A model generated the notes under the pieces. The model did not search any database, was not told where the DNA came from, and saw only the letters and a list, made by a program, of their open reading frames with translations. A stretch of 64,000 bases of DNA from Dictyostelium discoideum (Eukaryota), in NCBI GenBank assembly GCA_000004695.1, contig CM000150.2, positions 768,001 to 832,000 on the forward strand, written 5' to 3'. The first letter of the stretch is position 1. Each line of letters starts with the position of its first letter. Made by a program: the position numbers and the translations under genes. Below are positions 43,678 to 56,128 of this stretch, one piece after another.

Positions 43678-46600
43678 TTAATCAAATAAATTAAAATTTT
43701 TTGAATAAATTAAATTATTCAAATGATTGATAAATTCTATTGTAATGAAAGAATTTTGTGAGATTTCTTTTGATTTTATAATATAGTAATTATTATTGTA
43801 AGATCTTCCAACCCATTTTTCATCTAAATAAATATTTGTGCATTTGATTATATTATCACCATCTTCATCATGATTGTCACCATTTTGAATATTCTTTTTA
43901 ATTTCATATATCCAATTTAATATGATATCATATTGATCACTACCACCACCACCAGATAAACTATTAATATTCCATACTTTATCGATATTACACGACTTGA
44001 TTTCAACTAAAGAGGAGGAGGAGTTATTATTATTTGCAATTGTATGATGATCACAAGAAATAGTATCCAATGTAACTTCACCAATATAAACATTATATTG
44101 ATCCAATTTATCTTTTTTATTATTACCATCACTTGTAATACTGTTGTCATCCTTTGAATCTATCTTTTTATCTTGATTATTTGAATTTGGATTTGAATTT
44201 GGATTTGGTATAGAATTTCTATCAATACTATTAGATTTGAAATTATAACTAAATGATTTAATTTCTTTTAATTTTATAATATTATTATTTTTGTTGGTAT
44301 TATTAAATATGAAATCATCAATATTTAAACAAAATTTAGATTGATACCAATCTAAATGAGCATTTATAATTTCATCTTGATCAGATTCATAAATTATATA
44401 TTCATTTTGATTATTTGTTGCAGTATTAATATTGAATGGAAATATTTGTTGTTTATTATCAATACTGTTACCCAATGTACTTGGATGTAAAATGATATTC
44501 TTTATATTCTTTTCTTCATTATCACTAAATACCAATATCAAACATAGTTTACTAATTTGTTCTGATAATTGAATCTTTGGTATTGATTTTACACTCCATG
44601 TATATGATATTAATAATTGTTTTTCTTTTAATTTAATATCAGTTTTAAATAATGTTGAAATTGAATATTTATCATCATCATCATCATTATTATTATTATT
44701 ATTATTATTGATAGAATAATGTTTAAATTGATTATTACCAATATTTGAAATTGTTTCTAATTTACCCTTTATATTTAAAGAAGAACCACCATTAAATGAA
44801 ACACTATATGAAGTGGTTGATAAAATTAATTTTGAACCAATTTGATATCTATAATCTTCTTCACAACCAATAATATCTTGATCAGATAAATTGAACCATT
44901 TAGAATTTGATACGATTTTACCATTTATCCAATATTTCTTTCCTTTACCTCTATTAAAACAACTTGAAAATGGTAATGAATGAATTGAAATTCTTTCATC
45001 TGTAACTGATCTAATTGAATTATAGTTATTATTATTATTATTATCATCATCATGATCGTCATCACTATTTAATGTTGTTGTTGTTTTTTGTTGTTGTTTA
45101 GATTTATAAATTGGTTTTGCAATAATTTGTAAATTTATACCAGATATTGAAATTTCATCATTATCAGAAGTATTATTAATAATGATATCAATGAATCTAA
45201 TACCAATTGGATATTCTCTAATTGTTAATTTATATTTTTTCCATTCATTTCTAACTTTTGATAAACATTGTGTATTAAATTCTTTTAAAACCGTTAAATT
45301 TTCATCCAACATTATTAAATTAACTGGATAATTATTACTATCAGTTTGATTGATTGATGATGTTGATTTATAATAAAATTCAAATTCAATCATTGGTAAT
45401 TTATCCAATATTTCTTTTGTAAACATTAATATTCTATTATTATTATTATTATTATTATTATCATTTTTACTAATATTAAATAAATCAATTCTCTTTTTAA
45501 ATATTGAAAAGAATTTCGAATCATATCTAGATGATTTAATAGATTTAAATGATTTACCATTACCATTTAATAAACCATTATTATCAATAACCCAATGATA
45601 TCTATTATTATTATTATTATTATTATTAGTATTAGTGGTAGTATTAAAAATTGGAGACCAAGTTGAAAAATTACCATATTCAGCCGAACCATTTTCAACT
45701 AAATTTTGAACTAAACTACCTAACCAAAATGATTTCTCCCTTTCAATTACCATTTTACTTGATGAGTTTGCATCTTCATAAGTCCAAGCTGGTGCAAATA
45801 TTGCACTTGATAATTGATTTAAATCTGCTTCTTTCAAACCTATCCATGAATTAAATTTGCCACCACCAAATGTACCTCTTCCCCAACAATCTGTACCAAC
45901 ATAAACATTTTTACATTTTTCATTTATTTCTTCATCATTACAATCATCTTTATTATTATTAAGATTTGAAATTATATTGAAAGAATTTTTTAAATTATCT
46001 TTATTCCAACAATAATTTAAGAAAATCCCATCACAATTTTCAAAAAATCTATAATTCTTTTCATTTAATTCATTCTGCCAATTTAGTTCACCATTTGAAG
46101 TAACACTATCATACCAAATAATTAATGGTTTTTCATCATTATCTTCATGAATATCACCACCAACACTACCACTATCACTACTACCACCACCAATAATTAT
46201 TGAATTTTTATGAATTGAATTTGTAAAATTTTTTAAAAATGAAATATATTTTTCAACATATGATGGATGATCTAATAGTGATGTTTCTAAATTTAAAAAC
46301 CAACCATCAAATTTAAAATGATTTGAAATTTCAATTAATTTATTTATAAAGTGATTAACATCTTCTTGAATACCGTCAACCAATAAATAACAATCTGATA
46401 GGGATTGATCCCATTCCAATATGATTGTACCTAAAACTTTTACACCATTTTTATGAGCTGAATTGATCCAACCAACTGGTGGTATTGAAATTCTATGATG
46501 TGAGAAATAAATAAAAGTATCAATTAAATTCCAATGATAGAAATTATAAAATTCACTTGACCATAATGTTTTCCTATCATTAATTCCTTCATAAATACCT

Positions 46601-46728
46601 TGACAATATTTATCAATTTGGTAACCATTCATCATATCATGACAATGAATTCTTTTCGTAATATTATTTGATTTTTTAATTCTTTTATTTAATTTTATTG
46701 TTGAAATATTTATTAAATCATTATAATT

Positions 46729-46760
<32 letters not shown>

Positions 46761-47598
46761 GGTGTTGTATTTGTTGTTGTGGATTAATTGTTGATTTCCA
46801 ATTTAATAATTCTAATATTGAATTTAAAGGTTTAATAGTTGAAATAAAAGAATTACCTAATAATGATTTATTTTGAATATTTGGTGGATAGCTTGGTTGT
46901 TTTAATATTGAATTATTTTGAAATATTGTTGATAATATATCATGTCTATCATTTAAATGAATTGTTAAATCTGATAAAATCATTTCATTTGATAAATCTT
47001 TACTTCCTATAATTAATGGTGATTTAGATATATTAATTGGTGATTCATATGTTTCATTGATTGTATTATTATTTTCATTATTTAAATTACTATGATTGTT
47101 ATTCTTTTCACAATAATTTGTCTGTTTATAAATTTTACAATTTAAATAAATTTCAGTTGATATTAATTGTGTTCCACTATCATTAAAATTTAATTTAAAA
47201 ATTAAAAATTCCCAATGAAAATATTTTAATTCATCTTTACTTGTATGATAAATTGAATGAATTGAAGTTCTATTTGTTGTTGTTGAATCATTGTATAATC
47301 TTTTATCAAATGACTGATTACCAAAGAAAATACCTGTATCAATATTATTATTTTGTAATTGTGAAAATATTCTATTTACTCTATTATTATCATCTCTATT
47401 GTCATCTTCATTTGGTATCATATAAATCCAACATGAAATTGAAATTGATTTAGTACTATCAATGTGATTTTCTTCTCTATTAAATTCTTCACACATTAAT
47501 ATACTATTCCATGGTATTATAATTTCACTACCATTATTATTATTATTTTTATTATTACTTCCTAATTTGATATTATCAATTAATTTTTTTGTTTTCAT
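43678..47598 (-). CDS. Cytosolic endo-beta-N-acetylglucosaminidase (ENGase, glycoside hydrolase family 85)
   Basis: A 1306-aa single ORF. The GH85 catalytic region is HCHDMMNGYQIDKYCQG...FYNFYHWNLIDTFIYFSHHRISIPPVGWINSAHKNGVKVLGTIILEWDQ...FKFDGWFLNLETSL...LIIWYDSVTSNGELNWQNELNEKNYRFFENCDGIFLNYCWNKD...VYVGTDCWGRGTFGGGKF...AIFAPAWTYE. It matches human ENGASE (HCHDMKGGYLEDRF...FYHWQCIDVFVYFSHHTVTIPPVGWTNTAHRHGVCVLGTFITEW...FRFDGWLINIENSL...LVLWYDSVVQSGQLKWQDELNQHNRVFFDSCDGFFTNYNW...VYVGVDVFARGNVVGGRF). There are long N-rich inserts and a Q11 tract. Confidence 0.85.
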
Positions 47599-48235
47599 TT
47601 ATTATTATTATTATTTTTCTTTGGCCAAACTATTTTATTTTTTATTATAGATACATAGATATATAGAAATAAAACAAAATTATATTTCTTTTCAATTGGG
47701 TTTGAATTTTAAAAATGGAATGTGTTTTTTTTTTTTAAAAAAAAAAAATTAACAAAAAAAAAAAAAATTTAATAAAAAAAAAAAAAAAAAAAAAAATTTA
47801 TTAATTGGGGTTTTGGAAAAAAAAAAAAAAACACAAGTTCCCATTTCCAAATTAGTATAAAATAAAAAAGAAAAAAAGAATTAATATATGAAAAAAAAAT
47901 AAAATATTATTTAAATAAAAAAAATAAATACATAAAATAAAATAAACTAAAATAAAATAAAATACAATAATTTTTTGTGAAGTAGGTCTACTTTCTATCT
48001 CTTAGTTTAGTGGTAATATTGTTAACAATTATTAATTTAATTTTTAATTCATTAATTCATTTTAGATTTGGTTTTTAATAATTTATTAATAACTTAATTT
48101 TATTAAATTAAATTTATTTTTTTTATTTTTTTTTTTTTTTCATTTTTTTTTTTTTTTATTTTTTTTTTTATTTTTTAATTTTATTTTGGGGAAATTTAGG
48201 AACAAAATAAATATACAAATAAAAAAATAAAAAGA

Positions 48236-48791
48236 ATGAACAGTCTTTTAATTGATAGTAGTAACCCATCATATGATGCAATGAATAATGATAATTTAAA
48301 GAATAGTATTGAAAAGAATCATCCAGTTAAATCAAAAGTTTTATCAAAGAAAATTAATAATGTTGATACAGATATTGCCATATCATCTTTTGCAGATGCA
48401 ATCTTTATAACAATTTCACAAAATCAAAAATTTAATACATGGGTAAATAATGATAATGAAAACAACAACAACAACAACACATCTTTCATTTTAAAAATAA
48501 AATAGTAGTATCACATTAATAAAACCCTTTTTTTTTGTTTTTTTTATTTTTTTATTTTAGATAAGAGCAAGTAAATCAGATGGCATATTATTAGATGAAC
48601 CATCGTATCAAATTGATACATTATTAGGTAATAATCAAGATGTATTATTTAGTATATATGCAAGACAATTAATTGAAAATATTGGCGAAACTAGTAATAA
48701 ATCATTAATGTTATCAATTTCTATTACTGATAAATCAAAAGATACTTTTAAACAAATTCTATCAACAATTTTTGAAAATAAAGTATGGTAA
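48236..48791 (+). CDS. psmG3: Proteasome assembly chaperone 3 (PSMG3/PAC3-like); join(48236..48442,48561..48791)
   Basis: Exon 1 is [69 protein letters not shown], with a GTAAAT donor at 48443 and AG at 48559/48560. Exon 2 is [76 protein letters not shown]. It aligns with human PSMG3 ...VLLGQDEPLIHVFAKNLVAFVSQEAGNRAVLLAVAVKDKSMEGLKALREVIRVCQVW, including the C-terminal KVW/QVW. Confidence 0.7.
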
Positions 48792-48875
48792 AATGAGAGA
48801 GAGAGAGAGAAAAATAAAATAAAATAAAAGAAAAACTTTTTTTGTACAAAATAAAAAAAATATATGTGTATTTTA

Positions 48876-48906
<31 letters not shown>

Positions 48907-48933
48907 TGTAATATAATTTTATTTTATTTTATT

Positions 48934-49967
48934 TTATTCTGACCAATTTACGCTAAGTTTTTCTTCTATTCCTTCTTGATTACCAATCATCTATTATAAA
49001 TAAATTAAAAATTAAAAATTAATAATAAAAAAAAAGAGAGAAATGTTAACATAATTTTTATTTAATTATATGATATATTTTTTTTTTTTTTAAAAAAAAA
49101 TCAAATAAAAATACATACATGAATGAATTCATCAAATGAAATTTTACCATCTTTATCATAATCACCTTCAATAATAGTTTTATCAACAATTTGTTGAAGT
49201 TGTACATCATTTAAATTGGTACCAACCATCATTTTTAAAACTTGGAATAATTCACCATTACTAATAAATCCATCACAATCAATATCATAAATTTGGAAAA
49301 GGACTATAAAATATATATATAATTTTTTTAGAAAATTAAAATTAAAATTAAAATAAATAATGATAATAATAAAAATAATAATAATAATAGTTTTAATCTT
49401 ACATTTTAATTTATCTTCTTTTGTACCTTTATGGGAGAGTGTTGCAAGTGTACCAACAAATTCAAAGAATTCAATTTCATTATCTTTATTTTGATCAAAG
49501 ATTTGAATAACTCTTTCTAAAAGTGGGTTTAATGCTAAATCTGGTATAGATAAGAATTCATCAGTTGTTAATGTACCTGACCCATCTTTATCCAACATTT
49601 GGAATCTTCTATATAATTTTTTAAGTTCTGCTTCTGAAACTATATATATATAAATATATGTAAAAATATATATATATATTTTTAAACAAATAATTAATAT
49701 ATTAATTACTATATTACTTATTATATTATTATTATTAGGTAGTGTGTATTCTATAGTTTTTAAATTTTGATGGAGTTGATTTTGTTTATTTTGTTTAAAC
49801 ATCTAAAATTTTTTATTTTTATTTTATTTTATTTTTTATTTTTTTTTCATATTTAAATATATATATTTATATATATATATATTTATATTTATATAAAACA
49901 TACAACTACTATTATCTTTCATTTGTTCTAATTGTTCTTTATTTAATAATGAATGTTGATTTCCCAT
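48934..49967 (-). CDS. cnbA: Calcineurin B regulatory subunit (4 EF-hands); join(49967..49904,49639..49403,49303..49119,48990..48934)
   Basis: Exon 1 is [21 protein letters not shown] with a GTATGT donor (49903). An AG at 49641/49640 starts exon 2: [86 protein letters not shown] donor (49402) and AG 49305/49304 lead to exon 3: [69 protein letters not shown] donor (49118) and AG 48992/48991 lead to exon 4, [18 protein letters not shown]. The whole thing is near-collinear with human CnB ([63 protein letters not shown]). The ORF-track entry 49101..49802 reads through two introns. Confidence 0.85.
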
Positions 49968-50210
49968 TTTTTTTTTTTTTATTTTTATTTTTATTTTTTT
50001 GGTTTGGTGTGTGGTTTTTTTTTTTTTTTTTTAATTATTAAAATAATATTTTTATAAACTGCTGTATTTTTTTTTTTTTTTTTGTGAGCTAAAATCTCGT
50101 GATTTGGTGTTTTTTTTTTTTTTTTTTGGTTAATCAAATTATTGGTTGCAAAAATAAGGGTTGTTTATTAATAAATTAAAAATTAAAAATTAAAAATTAA
50201 AAATAAATTG

Positions 50211-50245
<35 letters not shown>

Positions 50246-50422
50246 AATTTTTAAGGAAAAAATAAAAAAAAAAAAGAAAAAAAAAAAAAAATGGTTTTTT
50301 AATAAAGGACAAGATCTTTAAAATTGGTTTCCCTCAAAAAAAAAAAAAAAAAAAAAAACAATTTTGATTTTTATTGTTGTTTCCTTTTTTTCTATTAATC
50401 GGTTTTGGGTTGTAGGGTTTAT

Positions 50423-50478
<56 letters not shown>

Positions 50479-50726
50479 TGTTTTTTCCATTTTACCCTAA
50501 AAAAGATTCATTTTAAAAAAAAAATAAAAAAAAATTTAAAACTAGATGTTTTTTGGGTGAATATTTATATATATTGAAATAAGTTTGTTTATTTTATATC
50601 TTCTTTGGTAGGTTGTTTTGTTTTTTTTTTTTTCCAAAAGAATTACAATATTCATGAAATTTAAATTTTCAACCAAAAAAAATTTTTGCTAACCAAATTT
50701 TATATTAAAAATAAAGTTTCATCAAA

Positions 50727-50808
50727 GACATCGTAGCGAAGTGGTCTAACGCGTTTGACTTGAAATCAAATCTCCTAGGAGGCGCAGGTTCGAACCCTGC
50801 CGATGTCG
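50727..50808 (+). tRNA. tRNA-Ser (anticodon UGA), 82 nt
   Basis: Cloverleaf fold: acceptor GACATCG/CGATGTC, D-arm GCG-AAGTGGTCTAA-CGC, anticodon stem TTTGA/TCAAA with loop CTTGAAA (anticodon TGA), a long variable arm TCTCCTAGGAGGC, T-arm GCAGG-TTCGAAC-CCTGC and discriminator G. A T6 pol III terminator follows (50811-50817). Confidence 0.9.
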
Positions 50809-50831
50809 ATCTTTTTTAAGATGTATTCCAG

Positions 50832-50850
50832 AGGTCAGGGGTTCAACTCT
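50832..50850 (+). promoter_or_regulatory. External B box (ex-B) downstream of tRNA-Ser copy 1
   Basis: AGGTCAGGGGTTCAACTCT lies 24-42 bp past the tRNA 3' end. It resembles the internal B box GGTTCGAAC. Ex-B boxes are characteristic of Dictyostelium tRNA genes. Confidence 0.55.
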
Positions 50851-50920
50851 TTAATTAAATAAAATTAACATGGAAAAAATCCATCAAAACCCCGCTATAA
50901 AAAAAATTAAAAATAAACAA

Positions 50921-50992
50921 GTTTCGATAGCTCAGTGGAAGAGCAAGCGACTGCAAATCGTTAGGTCGCCAGTTCAATCCTGGTTCGGAACT
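50921..50992 (+). tRNA. tRNA-Cys (anticodon GCA), 72 nt
   Basis: Cloverleaf fold: acceptor GTTTCGA/TCGGAAC (one G-U), D-arm GCTC-AGTGGAA-GAGC, anticodon stem AGCGA/TCGTT with loop CTGCAAA (anticodon GCA), variable AGGTC, T-arm GCCAG-TTCAATC-CTGGT and discriminator U73 (a Cys identity element). A T-run follows. Confidence 0.9.
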
Positions 50993-50999
50993 TTCATTT

Positions 51000-51777
51000 T
51001 GTTTCTCTTATATTTTCCCGAACTTCGAATTTTAAACTTTATTGATAAAATCCATAATTGGGAAAGTAGGACCCAAAAAAAAGACAGCCAAAAAAGATCA
51101 AGAAGTGAATGCAGATTACGCCAACCACAGATTCCACAAAGAATACTTTGAATGGAACTATAAAGCAATAGACTATGATCTAACCAGATCATTCGCATAT
51201 AGAAACCTAATGGCCCTTATCCTCCACAACATTTGGATTTGGATTTGCAATCAAATATACAGTGAAGATCCTTTAACAGATGAATCACTATCATACAGCT
51301 CCCTTCTAAAGAAATGGCACAAATTGGCCACTCTAGAATACATCAAAAAAGCAAAAGATCTGAAAAACTTATCAGCAAAAGACCATAATAACTTCAAAGA
51401 TCCTAAGATCCTTCTCACTTCAACGATCAAGCTAAGAAAAACAACAGCTAATTACTATTGTATTCCAGAATCATCTCTCCCAAATATTATATCTTTTGAT
51501 CAATTCATATGATTAAAATAACCCTTCAGCTTAAATGATAAGACTTTAAATAAATATTAAATAAAACTCGTATTAACACAAAAAAAAAAAAAAAAAAAAA
51601 AAAAAAGATACAGAAAAACATATCCATCATCAATCTAACATCAACTCCCAAATATTATATCTTTTGATCAATTCATATGATTAAAATAACCCTTCAGCTT
51701 AAATGATAAGCCTTTAAATAAATATTAAATAAAACTCGTATTAACACAGATGGACATATATCAATCTTGTTAATCCA

Positions 51778-51817
<40 letters not shown>
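51000..51817 (+). mobile_element. 5'-truncated tRNA-gene-targeted non-LTR retrotransposon remnant (TRE3-like 3' end): ORF2 C-terminal fragment + two ~104-bp direct repeats, each followed by oligo(A)
   Basis: It begins ~10-50 bp downstream of tRNA-Cys. ORF 51042..51512 (156 aa, no host-gene similarity) stops just before repeat R1 (51477..51579). After R1 comes A27 (51581-51607), a 38-bp spacer, repeat R2 (51646..51749, one mismatch versus R1), a 33-bp tail and A34 (51783-51816). This layout matches the C-module/oligo(A) 3' end of Dictyostelium TRE elements, which insert next to tRNA genes. Confidence 0.5.
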
Positions 51818-51822
<5 letters not shown>

Positions 51823-52113
51823 AAATGAAAAAACCCCACAAAAAAAAAAAAAATCTAAAAATAACAAAATATGGGCTATTGCTATAAAATTAAACAAGCA
51901 AAAAATAAAAAAAATTAAAAAAATTATCAAATTAACAAAAAAGTTATTTTTTTTTTTTTATTTAAAATTTCCAATTTTTTATCAAAAAAAAAATATCTTT
52001 TTTATAATTTAAACACATTAAAAATATTTTTTACATTTATGCTAAAAGAATTATTTTTTTTATTTATATATTTTTTTCAAAAATTATTTTTTAATATAGA
52101 AATAAATAATTAA

Positions 52114-52161
52114 ATGATAAAAGAAAACAATAAAAATATTAATAGCGATAATAATAATAAT

Positions 52162-52211
<50 letters not shown>

Positions 52212-53706
52212 TGTTCAAATTCCAATTTATATACAAAAAAAAATATATAAATATTTAATTATAATGGAATTAAATAAGAGTGATCATGATTCTTATGAAA
52301 TCAATTCAAAGATGATTGAAAAATTTTCACTTTTATCATGGGAATGGTTTAATTTTATTTCATCAAAAATTTATCACACTTTAATTATCAAAGATTATCA
52401 AAGACTTGAACCATTAAGAACCAAAGATAATGATAATAAATTTTTATTAAAAAAACCAGAATCTGTAAAATATTTAAAATTAGTTAACATTAGTAAATTA
52501 AATGAAGAAAAAGTGAATGAAACTATAAAATCATTGGTAAATTTAAAATGGATAACTTCAGAGCACAATAATTCAATATTTCAAAAAATTAAATTTAAAA
52601 ATATTAGAATCAATAGTATGATTCTCAGAAAATATGAAGGACAGCTTCTTGATCATTATGTTAAACGAGTTGATTTTCTTCATATTGAATCTCAAACACA
52701 AACTAAAAATATTATTGAAGCGTTTAAAACTTCAAAAATTTATGGATTCAATCTAGAGTTAAAACAAAATTACTCTCAATTTAATATTACTAAATTTCCT
52801 TGGAAAGATTTAATAGAGTGTCAAGTTCCATCTGTAAATGTACAAACAAATAAAAGTTGTGTTACTGATGTTGTTGAACAGCAACAACAACAAATGGTCA
52901 ACATTGAAAGTATAACTACTGAAAATAGATTACAATGGTGTAAAGATGTTAAATTTTGTATTTTAAATGTTAAAATGTTAAATGAATTTTTAAAATCAAC
53001 ACCAAGATTAAGAGATTTAACCATTGGTATTTGCTTTTCAAATTTAATTTATAAACTTTATAAAAGATATAGTTCAAACTATGATGAAGATGAACCAAAC
53101 GTTTTAAAACCATGTAGTTGCTCAAATTCATTTGAAAGATGTTTTACTACGGAGATTGAAAATTCAAGAGTTGTTTGTTATGATGATTTATTCTCTGTTT
53201 ATTGGGATGAAATTTGTACAATGTTAATAAATCATAAAAATTTGACAATATTAACCATTACCGATAGATGTTTCAATGATAGAAAAATAAGATATGATGG
53301 TATTGAAGATGTAATTACACCACAACTATCAACTCCTGTAATAACAACATTGGAACAAAATCAACACTTTTTCCAATCATTTGTTAATTTAATATGTTCA
53401 ACAAATAAATCAATTAAAACTTTGGTTATTAATGCATATGATTTCGTTCAATTAGATATAGTATCCATTTTAAATAACTCTAATAGTACCATAGATACCT
53501 ATCATTTCTCTTTCAATGTTTCAACTGATAAAATATACCATACTAAATCTATTGAAAAGGTTACAGAATACTTTAATAAATCACCAAATAATATAATCAA
53601 ATCTTTTAAAATTACAAATAATTCTCATACTGAATTTAACTATAATCAATCTATAAAAAGAACTTTACCAATTAAATACAATTCAATTCTTTTAAACTTT
53701 AAATAA
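52114..53706 (+). CDS. Hypothetical protein (530 aa; N-rich N-terminus, Cys-containing, no recognised domain)
   Basis: A single long ORF with Dictyostelium-type codon usage and an N25 tract near the N-terminus. No RT/integrase/kinase motifs are recognisable. It lies between the TRE remnant and the inverted tRNA-Ser copy. Confidence 0.5.
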
Positions 53707-54292
53707 AATTTTACAAAAATTTCGATAATAATTAGTATAAAATGTTTGACATACCTTTTAATATATGTTCTTTTAAATTTATAAAAACAAATTATTTTTA
53801 ACATATTAATAAAAAAAAATTTTTTTTTTTTTTTAATATTGATTTAAGGAATAAACTGTAATTATAAGGTTTATTTATGAATTTTTAATTTTTTAAAATG
53901 TAATTAATATTTTGGTTTAGATTTAAATATAGGTATTATTACTTTTGATTATCTATTACAAAAATTTTATTTTTTAAAAAAGATGATGTTTTTATTACAG
54001 TTATTATTTATTCACTTTTAAAACTAAAAAAAATGAATAATAGTTGCTTTTTTAATATATTCCAGAGCCTCTAGTGTGCTCCATTCATTAATAAGGATTG
54101 AGAATGATAGTTTTCTCCTTTGCACACCAAACCCAGATTAAATCAATTATTTTCTCACAATGTAAGATATAATAAAATTATATTGTTTATAAGTTTTTTA
54201 TAATCATATTAATAATATTAATAATTATAATAATGATTAAAATTAAACAATATTTAATAAATTAATATTTTGTTGATCAATGTTGCCAAAAA

Positions 54293-54310
54293 GAGTCGAA
54301 CCCTTGACCT
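54293..54310 (-). promoter_or_regulatory. External B box (ex-B) downstream of tRNA-Ser copy 2
   Basis: The minus strand reads AGGTCAAGGGTTCGACTC, 22-39 bp past the tRNA 3' end at 54332. It is preceded by the T6 terminator. Confidence 0.55.
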
Positions 54311-54331
54311 TAAGTCTCTTTATAAAAAAGA

Positions 54332-54413
54332 TCGACATCGGCAGGGTTCGAACCTGCGCCTCCTAGGAGATTTGATTTCAAGTCAAACGCGTTAGACCAC
54401 TTCGCTACGATGT
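54332..54413 (-). tRNA. tRNA-Ser (anticodon UGA), second copy, inverted relative to 50727..50808
   Basis: The 82-nt mature sequence is the exact reverse complement of the first copy. About 45 bp of 5' flank are also similar (..AAATTTTATATT.AAA.....TTTCATC.AAGACATCG). Confidence 0.9.
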
Positions 54414-55892
54414 CTTCGATGAAAAATGAATTTCAATATAAAATTTAGTTGGCTAATCATTTTTCGATGGTGAATCAGAATTTCTTTTCGATAAAACATT
54501 AGGTTTGAAAATTTTTTTGTGATAATTTTGAAAAATAACTTACATATAAACTTTATTTGTTTTTTATTAAACTTATGGCAACATATTTTCTTACAATTAT
54601 TCTTTTATTTTTATAGTATATTTATAATTTATTAAAATATATACATTAAAATAAAATTAATATTATTTAATATACAAAAATATAAATAATTTATTTATTA
54701 TTAATTAAATAACATTTGATGATAAAATCTAAAATCAAATTTTTATTGCAAATTAATTTAATTATTTATTGAAATTTTTAAGAATAATTTATGTAAAAAT
54801 ATATAAATTGATCCTTCATTAATGATATAGTTTGATTTATTAATTTTAATGAATTAATAAAAACATTAATAATAATAATTGTTGATGAAATTAATAAGTA
54901 ATCTTATTTTTTATGTAAGAAATTTGAAAACAATTTAAAAAAATTAAAAAAAAAAAATGAAGAAACTATAATTTAACTAGTAAAATATATAAAATAAAAA
55001 TAATTATTTTCATTAAAATTTTTATTTTATTTCATACTTAATATTACAATAAATAGTATTTCAATAAATAATTGTAAATTTGAAATAATGAAATTTAAAA
55101 ATAAAAATAATATTTATGATTGGTTTAAAAGATATATTGGATTTAATAAAAAAAATAAAAAAAATAAAAAAAATAAAAAAAAATAAAAAAACAAAAAAAT
55201 TAAAAGTCGAATTATGAAGTAATATATATAACTCTCCAATGAGATATTTAAAATAATTGTAAATTTGTTTTTACAATAAAAATTTGATTAAAATGTAAAA
55301 ATTTACAAATGTTAAAATAAAACTATTATTTAAAAATTATTTAATTCCAAAAAAAAAAAAAAACTAAATTTTTAACCATTTTAAAAATTTTAAGGATAAT
55401 ATGTTCAACCCCATTTATTGTGAATGTCAATAACAATAAATAATAAACCATTTTTGGGATAATTGTAAATACTATCTCAGATTTAAAAAAGATAAGATGA
55501 TCTATGAAGAATATTAGTAGCATTGATGATACGATAAATTTGTAATTTTAGTAATTAGTATTTTTTTTTAAATATATTAAATTGTAGTTTGTGCAAATGA
55601 TGGTTCAAATTTGTGAGAAGAACATATTAAAAAATTTCAAATTTAAATGAAAAGGGTGTTAAAAGTAATTACACAATTATAAAGAATATAAATATATATA
55701 TATATATGTATAAAAATAATACCACCACATTATAAGCATATAAATTCAATCATTATAATTTTTTTATTTATTTTTTAATTATTTTTTTTGTTTATTTCAA
55801 AATATACGTACATTTCCTAACAATAAATTTATTGCCATTTATATTAAAATTTTAAAAAATTATTCATTACCACAAGGAAAAAAAAAAAAAAT

Positions 55893-55936
<44 letters not shown>

Positions 55937-56096
55937 ATTGATTTTGATTTTAATCTATTTTTTTATATACACTACCACCCTGTTTTAAAATTATTAAAAA
56001 AAAAAATCCCCCACTATCAAATATTTTGAGCAATTGTTATTTTAATCGTAATATATGATCATAAAAATGTGGGGGTATAATTTTGATTTAAACAAA

Positions 56097-56128
<32 letters not shown>

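Noticed and set aside
51042-51512. 156-aa ORF considered as a host protein-coding gene
   Set aside because: Its position is immediately 3' of a tRNA gene. It lacks a plausible start, is followed by duplicated terminal modules with oligo(A), and has a non-N-rich composition. This fits a retroelement ORF2 C-terminal fragment, so I annotated it as a mobile-element remnant instead.
54281-54325. Possible third tRNA fragment (GGTTCGAC-like sequence) next to the inverted tRNA-Ser
   Set aside because: Only a B-box-like block is present, with no acceptor, D or anticodon arms. It matches the expected ex-B box of the adjacent tRNA-Ser rather than a separate gene.
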